The position numbers and the translations under genes are program-made. Below, piece after piece: positions 1 to 9,513 of a DNA stretch of 64,000 nt (the first letter of the stretch is position 1; each line of letters starts with the position of its first letter). This DNA comes from an uncultured Poribacteria bacterium (lineage in GTDB: Bacteria > Poribacteria > WGA-4E > WGA-3G), in assembly GCA_951812525.1 (NCBI GenBank), contig OX638316.1:4904608-4968607 (forward strand). Reading direction: 5' to 3'. Under the pieces are notes generated by a model. That model was given only the letters and a program-made list of their open reading frames with translations. It was not told the origin of the DNA and did not search any database.

Positions 1-1746
1 CATCTCGCAACCCCAACGCCCAAGCATCGAAGTCGAGAGCACCCGCCGGCATTTTTACATAGATACGACCTAATCCTACCCGCTCACCGTAAATGCACGG
101 GAAGTCAGTCTCACCGCTGATTCGCGTGCGAAAGCCACAATTGAGAGTATGATACCAGATATTCAACTCCCATATAGCCGGGGTGTCTACTGTAGAAATG
201 AAATCAACAGCATCGTGTACTACGTCCACGATGTACTCATTCGCACCGATACCATCAAAAGGTGGCATATTGTAATTGGGCAGTTCGTCTCCGTCTACTT
301 TCAACCCCCAACCGCTGTGGCTAAAGCCCGTCACAGCACCCTGTTCCTTTGCCCACTGAAGCACCGGTAGATCCCAACTCGGCCACTCCTCGATGCGTTC
401 AACGCCTCTGTAGTCGTCCTCCGTAAGTTTAAGTATCGAGAGGTGACCAGCATGCGAAGAAGGGAAGCCTGAAACCTCCACATCGTAGCGCATTACGTAA
501 TCATCGGTCGAAAGTTCGTGAACCTTACCGTCGAAATACTGTTTCTGGGAATACCAGCAAGGTCCCCAAGAGAGTACACAACCTACATTGAGGTCCTCTC
601 CGAGAATGTGGCGCATCATGTCCTCGGGTGTAACGCCCTCCGTAGGGCTTTCATAATGCGCACAACCGGCGGCGTGTACATGATGATCTCCAGAACGCCA
701 ACCTTCCGCTGCGATATGAATCCATCTTTCCAGATGAAATGTCTCCTGATGCGTCTCGGCATTCGGCACAGTAATGGTTTGGGTCTTTATCTGATATTCC
801 GGTCCACGTGTGTACTCAACAGCATAGTTGCCGGGCGGGAGGAGAACGGATTCGCCGCTGTGTCGATAAATCTGATTGTGAAAGAAGAAATCTGGGGCGA
901 GTCTGCGTCCTCGGGACGGGTATACTCGGTTCAATTCATCGCGAATGATAAAAGCAGCCGTTGTGGGTTTTCCGTTGAAGTCCAACACTTCTAAGGTTAC
1001 GTCTACCGCTGGCACACAATGAAATAGGATAGGCACTTGACTACGGAAGCCGATGTCCTGCGTGCCTTGACCGACGTTGAAACCGAGCGTCGCTTCTCGT
1101 TTCCCAGCATCACGGCTGTAAAGTTGAACGATACGATACTCCAGTTCCAGTCCTGATAGATCCGCCTTCAGGGGTGGGTTGGCATAGATTTCGATATCAA
1201 GAAACCGATGCGGGATGTCGCTTTTAGGTACGGTCACCTGTGGATCAGGACTGCCAGTAGAACGCTTATAGAGGGGTGCTGCATTTTCGCTTTCTGCTAC
1301 TAAAGGTGCAGTTACACCAGCCTCGTTGTGTACCTTTACCAAAAAGGTACGCCAGCCTTGTTGCATCAACTCTTTATTTACCGGACCTTCCTTAACTTTG
1401 ACCCGGCTTTCAGGGTTGATATTGACCCCGACCAGACAGTATGGATCCAGCGACTGTTGAATGTCAGCAGTTGCTTGTTGATGATCATCGGAGACCAAAG
1501 CTTTGTTGATTGCTGAGAGGTCGTCTTCAGATAAGGGTGAGCCGAGATAATCCAGAGCCTCAATGAGCCGCTGAGTCGCTGACGCTAAAGGTTGAAATTC
1601 CACTTTAGTCACCAGAGCAAGTTCATCGGCATCTACTACTGAAGCGAAAGTGAGGAGCAACATGCAGCCAATGCATATCACGTAAAATTGTCTGTTGGAT
1701 CCGTTTCTGATAAGAGTGTTATATCGATTTGTTTTTCGTTGCATGG
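1..1746 (-). CDS. Secreted hypothetical protein, putative metal-dependent hydrolase (N-terminal signal/TM region, HHVHAAGCAHY motif). The C-terminal part runs off the window start.
   Basis: An open frame with no stops runs on the minus strand from the ATG at 1746 (RBS AGGAGGAG 6 nt upstream) to position 1. The N-terminus is hydrophobic (ICIGCMLLLTFASVV). The plus-strand ORFs in the track inside this span look spurious. Confidence 0.5.
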
Positions 1747-2034
1747 CGACTCCTCCTAATAGTTGAAGTGATACGTTTTCGGTTAATCTAAAATTCACTC
1801 GCTCCATAATCTACCATAATGTGGAGCAGGTGTCAAGATTACGATGATTGGAATCAGAGTCATTTATGGTAGATATTAGAATTAACCCAAGTTGCTACTA
1901 ACAGTTTTTTCATTGTAGACAGGGTTTTTAGTCCCTTTCTCCACCCCAGAGGGGTGATATGTCTATAGAAAAATGTTATTTCAAGGCAGTGCACTCCAGC
2001 GGAGTGCTATATCTATAAATACTGGCAACTTGCG

Positions 2035-2146
2035 TTAGAATTAATTGGACATTCTTAAAGAGTGTGAATACCACTAATGAGCATTCACAGAGGCACAAAC
2101 TAACAGTTTATGCTACAAAGATGTCCATTTATTTGTAGGTTTTACC
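2035..2146. repeat. Copy A of a 110-bp inverted-repeat pair. Its partner is at 10849-10958 in the opposite orientation.
   Basis: The reverse complement of 2035-2146 matches 10849-10958 with 3 differences in about 110 bp. It contains an internal palindrome TGTGAAT-N13-ATTCACA. Confidence 0.8.
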
Positions 2147-2149
2147 ATA

Positions 2150-2345
2150 GTTTATATTTGTGAATATTTTCCACCCTTTTTTCCTCATCCAACCCGGTAG
2201 GCACGGTTTTGCGGCGTACTCGACCCGACGAATGCCACACGCGCATTCGGCGTTGATTCATGCGACCTGCATTCCAACCGTGCCGGATACGAGAAAAAGG
2301 TGTCAAACTCCATATATTCTTAAAACTAAATGCCCTTATATTGGA
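2150..2345 (+). repeat. REP/MITE-like element. An AT-rich 5' flank is followed by a GGTAGG-headed hairpin (2196-2286) whose loop carries a 65-nt insertion. It is homologous to 49866-50010.
   Basis: It aligns with 49866-50010 over the 5' flank (tttatatYtgtgaatatttt...aacccggtaggcacggttt) and the 3' flank (aaccgtgccgga...attcttaaaactRaatg.ccctata). The segment 2211-2275 is present only in this copy. Confidence 0.7.
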
Positions 2346-2522
2346 CTATGTGAAAATAGTTTGTTAATTGTCTGAATCGCGGGTGACGCAGATTTCGCGG
2401 ATTAGCAGGATTCAATGATTTTCAGGATTCGTTGGCTGCTGAAAGCCAGAATCGGAAAATGATGTGTAGTAGAGAAGATAGGTGCGGAATGAAAAGCTAA
2501 GCCAAATTGTGCTTTGCACATA

Positions 2523-3233
2523 TCATGTTACATGATAGTCCACGCCATACTGCACCAAGCCCAACCGTCGTGCAACACCTTGAGAAGCAACATTGTCCCA
2601 CGAAGTACTGTAGAGCGGAATAAGGTTCAGGGCACGGATCGCGAGTGCCCAAGCAGCGATAACCGATGATGCATATCCACGCCGCCGATAACCAGCCAGC
2701 GTTTCAACACCAGCTTCATGGGCGCGTGCTGAGACACGAACACTTCGACAAATTGACACCACCTGCGAATCCTCTATGATTGCTAAACAGAGGTGCGGAC
2801 TATTTAATTCCGGTCCTATGTCGGCTAAATCTCCCTTTAGAAGTCCTGCATCCTCACGTGATAGCCGGATAACATTCGTCGGTGGTGTAATGTGTTCAGA
2901 AAAGCGGTAGGCAGGACCAACCCCGACGCGGTCAATTGGTGCATGACTTTGAAGGATATCCTCAAATTGCCTATGGTACTTTGGAATCTTATGGGAATTC
3001 ATAGAGACCGGTTCAGCAGCGATTTCTTTCAGTTGTGCAACCACATTGTCGGGAAGGTCATGCCGGAATTTACATATTGAACCTTCGTTGGTGTATCCAA
3101 AGAAGAAACGAGGTGCTGGTTTCATACCATCCCAAGGCTCGTTGATATGTCGCAGGCTTCCATTCTCATCCTGTGTGAATAGCGCCTCAACCTGAATTTT
3201 CATGAGTTCAATATCGGTGTGATGGATATTCAC
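2523..3233 (-). CDS. GNAT family N-acetyltransferase
   Basis: The C-terminal acetyl-CoA binding region reads GVETLAGYRRRGYASSVIAAWA. It is a 236-aa ORF. Confidence 0.6.
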   Translation of the reverse strand: MNIHHTDIELMKIQVEALFTQDENGSLRHINEPWDGMKPAPRFFFGYTNEGSICKFRHDLPDNVVAQLKEIAAEPVSMNSHKIPKYHRQFEDILQSHAPIDRVGVGPAYRFSEHITPPTNVIRLSREDAGLLKGDLADIGPELNSPHLCLAIIEDSQVVSICRSVRVSARAHEAGVETLAGYRRRGYASSVIAAWALAIRALNLIPLYSTSWDNVASQGVARRLGLVQYGVDYHVT

Positions 3234-3316
3234 GTTCTATACTCGCTGTAACGGAGGGTGAATTTTCCTATTTATATTTCTGGCAGCCTTTTGTTCTTAC
3301 TCTATAGGCTTTACGG

Positions 3317-4522
3317 TTACCCATCTTTAAATTCACAGTAACTCTGATACCGAAACTCTGAGATGTCTCCTGTTTTCAGGGCAGGCTGCACCGCACAACC
3401 TGTCTCATGCGTATGCGTGCAGGCACCTTTCACGCAACGCTCTCGGAGTGAATTCATTTCTGGAAAATACCGGTCCATCAAGCGAGGATCGATGTCCGAA
3501 AAGTGTAACTCGCGAAGTCCCGGTGTGTCGGCGATAAAACCACCGAAATCTAAGTGGTACAGTTGGGTTGCCACGGTTGTGTGTCTTCCACCGCGTTTCG
3601 GATTTACTTCGTTTGTTTTCAACTTCAAACCGGGTTGAATGGCGTTCAAGAGCGAAGATTTACCCACGCCAGACAATCCAGATAGCACCGAAATCTTTCC
3701 TTTCATCCACGCTTTCAAATCCTCGATTCCTTCACCGGTCGTTGCACTCGTAAAAATTGTCCGATAACCGACTTTCTGGTAAACTGTGGCTATCGTACCC
3801 ACTTCGGATCGGTCTTCGAGCATGTCAATTTTATTGAAACAAACAAGTGGCTCAATCCCTGATGTTTCAGCGATAACGAGGAATTTGTCCAGCATTCGCT
3901 GCCAGATGGGAGGCTCTTTTACAGAAGAAACGATGATGAGTCCATCGAGATTTGGAATGAGAATTACCCTTTTAGACTGCGTTCCTCGCCGTTTATATTG
4001 ACTCTTACGCCGCATAATGGATGCAATAGTGCCATGTCTGTCATCAATTAGGTGAATTTTGACGCGATCCCCAACATAAACCTGCTGATTTTTGCTAAAG
4101 GCATCGCGTTTTCCCCGCAGCGAACATTGATACCGATCCGCGGCACATTGCACAACGTAAACACCATTGCTTGCCCGCATCACGATGCCCTCGGGAAGTC
4201 CGACCAATTTTTCGTTATCGAAGAGGTAACCTGTCCGTTTGAGAAGTTCCGCGTCCGGTATAATTCGGGCAGTTTTTATGGCACTGAGACGCCTGACTCG
4301 GTTTTTGACAAGCATTTTCTCTGATTTGAGGAGCAATGCGATAACGACGGGTTTGTCCTCGTCACTGCCAAGCGCATTCTCGGCATCTCGAATCGCTGGA
4401 TCCATACCAAGATAAACCCTACAATAGATGGGACGGTTCCTCCAATCAAAAACCGAGTAATCGCCTCCGAGAATTTTTTGTGCTTCTATTAAAGTTGTGC
4501 CTGCGTAAACGGACATTGCCAT
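3317..4522 (-). CDS. rsgA: Ribosome small-subunit-dependent GTPase A (RsgA/YjeQ) with an N-terminal extension of about 110 aa. The start is uncertain; alternative Met codons lie at 4315 and 4180.
   Basis: It has an OB-fold, the G-motifs GLSGVGKSSLLN, GRHTT and DTPG, and a C-terminal zinc finger C-x-C...H-x-H-E-x-G-C. Confidence 0.8.
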   Translation of the reverse strand: MAMSVYAGTTLIEAQKILGGDYSVFDWRNRPIYCRVYLGMDPAIRDAENALGSDEDKPVVIALLLKSEKMLVKNRVRRLSAIKTARIIPDAELLKRTGYLFDNEKLVGLPEGIVMRASNGVYVVQCAADRYQCSLRGKRDAFSKNQQVYVGDRVKIHLIDDRHGTIASIMRRKSQYKRRGTQSKRVILIPNLDGLIIVSSVKEPPIWQRMLDKFLVIAETSGIEPLVCFNKIDMLEDRSEVGTIATVYQKVGYRTIFTSATTGEGIEDLKAWMKGKISVLSGLSGVGKSSLLNAIQPGLKLKTNEVNPKRGGRHTTVATQLYHLDFGGFIADTPGLRELHFSDIDPRLMDRYFPEMNSLRERCVKGACTHTHETGCAVQPALKTGDISEFRYQSYCEFKDG

Positions 4523-4848
4523 AGGCTTCGATTACCTCTGTTTTGTCTCCGACGAATCGATACGAACTTTCGCGAATGATTCAAAGATATAGGCGTTAAG
4601 ATACGATAAGACATGAGAATCTTTCACCGACACATAATTTCGGATGCACTTTTAGAGGCATGGCGTAAAGGAATAATCCAGTAATTGACGGACGATGAAT
4701 CTCCCACTACGAACAGAGCTGCTTGTAGGAGTCCAATTTTTTCTTGACGTGTTTTATGAAAGTGATTATGCTTTTAGTAAGTGAGGAATTGATCGAATGC
4801 GGTAGAAGGATCCATCAAATCATTTTATTCAGGACAAGGAGAATACCG

Positions 4849-5928
4849 ATGAAAACGTATCGTGCCGCTGTTATTGGTTGTAGCCGGATGGGTGCATTTA
4901 TTGATAACGAAGTCCCCGATTACGAAGCGATTAAGTTGCCTTATTCCCACGCTGCAGGCTTTTTTGCCGAAGAACGCACTGATCTTGTCGCATGTGCTGA
5001 TCTCCGTCCAGAAGTAATGGAACATTTTGGAAACCGATATAATGTCCCGAAAGCGAATCAATACACCGATTATCGTGAGATGCTAGAAAAAGAACAGCCC
5101 GATATTGTGAGTGTTGCCACACAACCAGAGCATCGCGCAGAAATTGTTATTTACGCAGCAAGGCACGGTGTGAAAGCCATCTATGCAGAAAAGGCGATGG
5201 CAGCTTCTATGGACGAAGCGGCAGCTATGGTATCCGCGGTAGAAGAAAACAATGTCGCCTTTAACCTCGGCACGAATCGCCGGTGGCATACAGGTTTTGA
5301 CAAGATGAAAGAGGTCATCGACAGTGGTGAAATTGGCAATCTACAAACCTTGATTATCTACTCAAACGGTACACTTTTCAACACAGCCAGCCATAACCTC
5401 GACCTAATTTTACGTTTGAATAGCGATGCACCTGCCAGTTGGGTCACAGGTTATCTCCCACAAGGCGATTCGGTTTTTGATGGGGATGAGTTGCGAGCTG
5501 ACCCGTCCGGTGGTGGAACAATCCAATTTGAAAATGGTGTGATGACACATGCCCTGCTAACGCCACGTGGTAGTGAATGGGAAGCAATTTGTGATGGCGG
5601 AACCGTTACATGCTGGAACAACGGTTGGCAGTGGCATCTCCGTAAACGGCAAGATATACCGGGATGGAGGACATGTCAAGTCCCTGAAACCTTTCCTGCG
5701 TTTGAACGCACCAGTAGCACAGCAAACTTGATTAAAGACCTTGTTCACGCATTAGATACTAGGGAACCGACCCGAGGCGGCGTCCGGTGTGCGTATGCCA
5801 GCACTGAACTGATTTTTGGCATCATTGAATCACATCTACACAACGGCGCACGTATTGAACTTCCATTGAAAGACTCAAAAGTCCGTTTACAAAGAAATCC
5901 ATCTGCAAGGCAACCACGGACCGAGTAA
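4849..5928 (+). CDS. Gfo/Idh/MocA family NAD(P)-dependent oxidoreductase
   Basis: The N-terminal Rossmann motif reads MKTYRAAVIGCSRMG and the start is preceded by an AAGGAG RBS. The upstream part of the track ORF (4744-) is probably not translated. Confidence 0.8.
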   Translation: MKTYRAAVIGCSRMGAFIDNEVPDYEAIKLPYSHAAGFFAEERTDLVACADLRPEVMEHFGNRYNVPKANQYTDYREMLEKEQPDIVSVATQPEHRAEIVIYAARHGVKAIYAEKAMAASMDEAAAMVSAVEENNVAFNLGTNRRWHTGFDKMKEVIDSGEIGNLQTLIIYSNGTLFNTASHNLDLILRLNSDAPASWVTGYLPQGDSVFDGDELRADPSGGGTIQFENGVMTHALLTPRGSEWEAICDGGTVTCWNNGWQWHLRKRQDIPGWRTCQVPETFPAFERTSSTANLIKDLVHALDTREPTRGGVRCAYASTELIFGIIESHLHNGARIELPLKDSKVRLQRNPSARQPRTE

Positions 5929-5940
5929 CCATTTTGGGTA

Positions 5941-6897
5941 TCAATCAAGGGCTTCAAGTGACGCACGCCGAATATCGTCTAACTCCTGCGCGCTGAAAAC
6001 GCCTGCTTGGTAGAGATTCCGATACTCTTCAGAGACGCTCTGACCGAATATCATCAAATCGTCTGTGTTAATCGTTACTGGCACGCCGTTGTCATATAAG
6101 ATACGAATCGGATGTGCGGCAAGATCCGACACAGCATCTAACATCACGTTACTCGTTGGACATATATTTAATTGGATCTGATTTTCAGAGAGCCATCGCA
6201 TAACGTCTGCCGATTCTGCGGCACCGATGCCATGCTGTACCTCGTCTAAGTCAAGGACTTCAACGGTTCGTTGGACTTCTTCCGCACCCCCGAACTCCCC
6301 AATGTGTGCTTTGAGTTTCATTCCCGCAGCGCGTGCCTTTTTGTATAAAGGCTGGACGGCTTCTGGAGGGCACGCTTCTTGATGGCTATACAAATCGATT
6401 GATCGATACACACCTGACTCTATTGCCTCATGCGCCAAGCGCATAAGTTTAGAATCATCGGCACACTCCCGCGCAAACCCGAGTTCTGGACGCAAATTAA
6501 TCTGCTCCCGATACCGCTCAACTAACGCATCAAGAAATGAGCGAAGTTCAGTCAACCCATCTGGATAGAACTTAACCAACCGGATATCGAAACTCATCTC
6601 AAGCATAACAACACCATCTTGAACTGCATCATCCATCGCTGACACAGCAACGCGCTCAAAACCTTGGCGGTGTTCTAAGTGAGGTGCTAAGACTTCATCT
6701 ATATAGACATGCATCCCGTCAAGTCCTTTCATTTTGAGAGGCGGTTTGGTTAGGGAGTGTCCCAGCCAACGTTCCATATTCTCTCGTCGTGTACTCAAAA
6801 AGGCATGACAGTGAACATCAGTTTTAGGGACCGCTTTTATAGCTCCCAAGTTATTTGCGGAGAGTGCTTCAATGAAATCTATAGACATAATATCCAA
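5941..6897 (-). CDS. add: Adenosine/adenine deaminase family amidohydrolase
   Basis: Metal-ligand motifs are VHCHAF, HIGEFGG, ICPTSN and TINTDD. Confidence 0.7.
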   Translation of the reverse strand: MDIMSIDFIEALSANNLGAIKAVPKTDVHCHAFLSTRRENMERWLGHSLTKPPLKMKGLDGMHVYIDEVLAPHLEHRQGFERVAVSAMDDAVQDGVVMLEMSFDIRLVKFYPDGLTELRSFLDALVERYREQINLRPELGFARECADDSKLMRLAHEAIESGVYRSIDLYSHQEACPPEAVQPLYKKARAAGMKLKAHIGEFGGAEEVQRTVEVLDLDEVQHGIGAAESADVMRWLSENQIQLNICPTSNVMLDAVSDLAAHPIRILYDNGVPVTINTDDLMIFGQSVSEEYRNLYQAGVFSAQELDDIRRASLEALD

Positions 6898-6957
6898 TTA
6901 TACTCAACTACGAATCTACCAACTCTAATTCATAATTCCAACGCCCAGTTTCCAGTT

Positions 6958-7407
6958 TTATTCAGTCATTTTTTTCATCTGAAAGTGCGTGGTAGTTTCA
7001 CCAACAATTGTAAATCCCAGTCTTTGATAGAAGATGACGCCGCGGGTGTTGACTTTTAGCACTTGAAGCACTACAGGTTTCTGCCGAAGACTGGCATCAT
7101 CAAGAATACGCGCCATGCACGCCGAACCGATGCCTCTTCCTTGGTATTCAGGCAAAATATAGAGTTGATTCACCTTAAGTGTAGCACGCGTACGAGACGT
7201 TGCTAAGAAACCGACATCCGTCCCACAAAACTGAATAATGTGTAAATCTTGTGAAGCAAACCGCCTATCGTGTAGCTCCCTTTGATAACTATCATCCCAA
7301 CCCCAAACCTGTTCTACATATTCCCGGAACGCAGCCTTCTTTACGGTAAAAACGAATTCGTTGTCGCTTGCATACGCTTTGCGAATGTTTAACTCCTCCA
7401 CAGCCAT
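6958..7407 (-). CDS. GNAT family N-acetyltransferase. The start was moved to the Met at 7407, which has an AAGGAAG RBS; the track ORF extends to 7494.
   Basis: The acetyl-CoA binding motif QGRGIGSACMARIL is present. Confidence 0.65.
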   Translation of the reverse strand: MAVEELNIRKAYASDNEFVFTVKKAAFREYVEQVWGWDDSYQRELHDRRFASQDLHIIQFCGTDVGFLATSRTRATLKVNQLYILPEYQGRGIGSACMARILDDASLRQKPVVLQVLKVNTRGVIFYQRLGFTIVGETTTHFQMKKMTE

Positions 7408-7433
7408 ATCTTCCTTTCTGAGCGGTACATACC

Positions 7434-8207
7434 CTACATTTCTTTCTGAGCGACAATGGCAAAACTCACATTGTAAGCCATCTGATGCGCCCAACTTCCC
7501 GGTGTAGCTTCAAGGTCTGGTTGGGTCCAAGATCGCTCCTCAACATGCTCAATCCGAAAACCGTTGTCCAAAAGTCCGTTGAATATATCAGTCAAGTAGT
7601 GCCGAAAATCGAACGCTCCGTCTGAATACCTGTAAATGCGCTCAGTGTACGGCATGGAGACGCGATAGTATTCACCATCCCATTCCAAGTAATGGGTGCC
7701 AGGATTGCCAAAATCTACGCGATACTGTCCTCCAGGCCGGATGATCCTTGACACGCCTTTATAGATTTCATGAACGGATGGCACCCAACTCATGGAAGGT
7801 CCCTGGTAAATGAGATCATACGAGGCATCTTCAATTTCAGATAAATCGCGCATGTTGAGGCAAAGCGTTTTTACCTGATAGCCATAATGCTCTGCAGCGG
7901 TCATATCGCCGTCAAGTTGCCCTTGCGTAAAATCAATCACCGTCACACGGGCATCAAGTAGACCGAATACCGCCGTCTGCTGTCCTCCACCAGCTGCGAG
8001 ACACAATACATCCTTGTGGGCGACATCTCTGAGTATATGAGCAGGATAGATTTGGTAGAGATGATACGGAATCGGCTCAAGCCGACCATCAGCATACTTC
8101 AGAATATCATCCCTATCAAGGTCGAGCCAAGGCACGGTAAAGCCGCCTTTCTTTACGACTTCGGCTTCCCACCGCGCTCGATTGGCAATTGTGATTTCGT
8201 CATTCAT
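7434..8207 (-). CDS. Class I SAM-dependent methyltransferase
   Basis: Motif I reads VLCLAAGGGQQTAVFGLLDARVTVIDF. Confidence 0.7.
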   Translation of the reverse strand: MNDEITIANRARWEAEVVKKGGFTVPWLDLDRDDILKYADGRLEPIPYHLYQIYPAHILRDVAHKDVLCLAAGGGQQTAVFGLLDARVTVIDFTQGQLDGDMTAAEHYGYQVKTLCLNMRDLSEIEDASYDLIYQGPSMSWVPSVHEIYKGVSRIIRPGGQYRVDFGNPGTHYLEWDGEYYRVSMPYTERIYRYSDGAFDFRHYLTDIFNGLLDNGFRIEHVEERSWTQPDLEATPGSWAHQMAYNVSFAIVAQKEM

Positions 8208-8239
8208 TGTATTTCACCATATAGGTTTAAGATTTCATT

Positions 8240-8860
8240 TCAACTGGGTGCGCCCATCGATAAATGTGAGGCTTCCCCATTCACAAACAGATCGGCTCTT
8301 TCATGCGGGAGATGCGTTTTGACGTAGCAATCTTCTTTCGGCATCCAATCCTGTTCCCATACCGGGCGTGCCTTTTCTCCATCTCGCGCAATACCTCGTG
8401 CAAGACGGATTGCTCTCGGGCACTCCACCCATATTTTCAAATCGTACAAATCTGTTAACTCGCGCCGCATCGTATAGACGCCTTCAACAAGCACCACACC
8501 AGAATCGGAAATTGTATGCCACTCAGCGAGAACATCCGTTCCCCAATCGTACCGCTGGTAATGGGCTGTGCCTCCCCGTCTAATGGGAAGAAGCACCTGA
8601 TGGCGCAAACGCTCCCAATCAAAGTCACGACCGATTGCCTCTGCTTGCTGGTTTTTGCGTTGATTAGAAGGAAGGTAGAAATCATCATGCTTGACGACTG
8701 CTACGATCCAACCCAAAGTCTTTAGTTGTTGTTCCAAAAGTTGTGCCAAAGTGCTTTTTCCAGCACCGCCAAGCCCATCAATAGCCACAAGCAGACAACT
8801 TCTTTGACATTGGAGGACTTTTAAACAATTTACAATACCTGCAAGCGAAGTGAAACCCAC
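8240..8860 (-). CDS. P-loop nucleoside/nucleotide kinase family protein (uridine-kinase-like)
   Basis: It has the Walker A motif VAIDGLGGAGKSTLAQ and is 206 aa. Confidence 0.55.
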   Translation of the reverse strand: MGFTSLAGIVNCLKVLQCQRSCLLVAIDGLGGAGKSTLAQLLEQQLKTLGWIVAVVKHDDFYLPSNQRKNQQAEAIGRDFDWERLRHQVLLPIRRGGTAHYQRYDWGTDVLAEWHTISDSGVVLVEGVYTMRRELTDLYDLKIWVECPRAIRLARGIARDGEKARPVWEQDWMPKEDCYVKTHLPHERADLFVNGEASHLSMGAPS

Positions 8861-8941
8861 ATCTCCATCCTTTGTTGTTTGAAACCCAGAGAAGTTTGCG
8901 AGGTAGTTACAGGGATTGTGTAGATCTCAGAACTATCACAG

Positions 8942-9373
8942 TCAAAAGAACATCTCTTCCTTGATTCCCCAGATGGCAGGAGAGGTGATTTCTACACTGT
9001 TCCCCGATGGATCACGAAAGTAGATAGACTTGCCATTTTCCCAACAGATTTCTTTCTCAATGCTTACCCCGTGTGCTGTGAGATGTTCCTTCCATTGATC
9101 GACTTCACGATCCTGTACAGCGAAGGCTATGTGTCCCGCCCCTTTCATCCCATGTCCGGGTGCGTCAAGCGGACCGTCTCCAGAATTAATCGTTGCTTCT
9201 GCATTGAAAAGAAGCACCATTCGATGCCCGCACCCGAGAAAAACGTGGCGATCCTCGAATTTTGAATACAGAGAAAGCCCTAAGACCGTTGTATAAAAGT
9301 GTTCAGCGGCAGCCAAGTCTGTTACATATAGAGCGACTTCAAGAATCTCTGTAACTTTTAATGTAGGCATCAT
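8942..9373 (-). CDS. VOC (glyoxalase/bleomycin-resistance/dioxygenase) family protein
   Basis: It has the beta-alpha-beta-beta-beta module pattern with metal-ligand residues H and E. It is 143 aa. Confidence 0.65.
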   Translation of the reverse strand: MMPTLKVTEILEVALYVTDLAAAEHFYTTVLGLSLYSKFEDRHVFLGCGHRMVLLFNAEATINSGDGPLDAPGHGMKGAGHIAFAVQDREVDQWKEHLTAHGVSIEKEICWENGKSIYFRDPSGNSVEITSPAIWGIKEEMFF

Positions 9374-9513
9374 ATCTCACCGAAGGGATGTGTGGTGAAA
9401 CGTTAGGTTTCACTGGGATTTCAGGGAGGTTCAAGCGTGCTAAGCTGCGAAGGGTTCTGTATTGAACAGGTCAATTTCTTGTGTCTCGTTCAACCCAACC
9501 TACGCGTCCAATT

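Noticed and set aside
149-1563. Plus-strand ORFs of 62-158 aa listed in the track inside 1-1746
   Set aside because: They lie antisense to a continuous 1.7-kb minus-strand reading frame that has a strong RBS and a signal peptide. They have no motifs and are probably shadow ORFs.
2061-2095. TGTGAAT-N13-ATTCACA considered as a CRP-binding site
   Set aside because: The half-sites resemble CRP (TGTGA/TCACA) but the spacing (N17 between pentamers) is wrong for CRP-family dimers. It is reported only as a generic palindrome within the 110-bp repeat.
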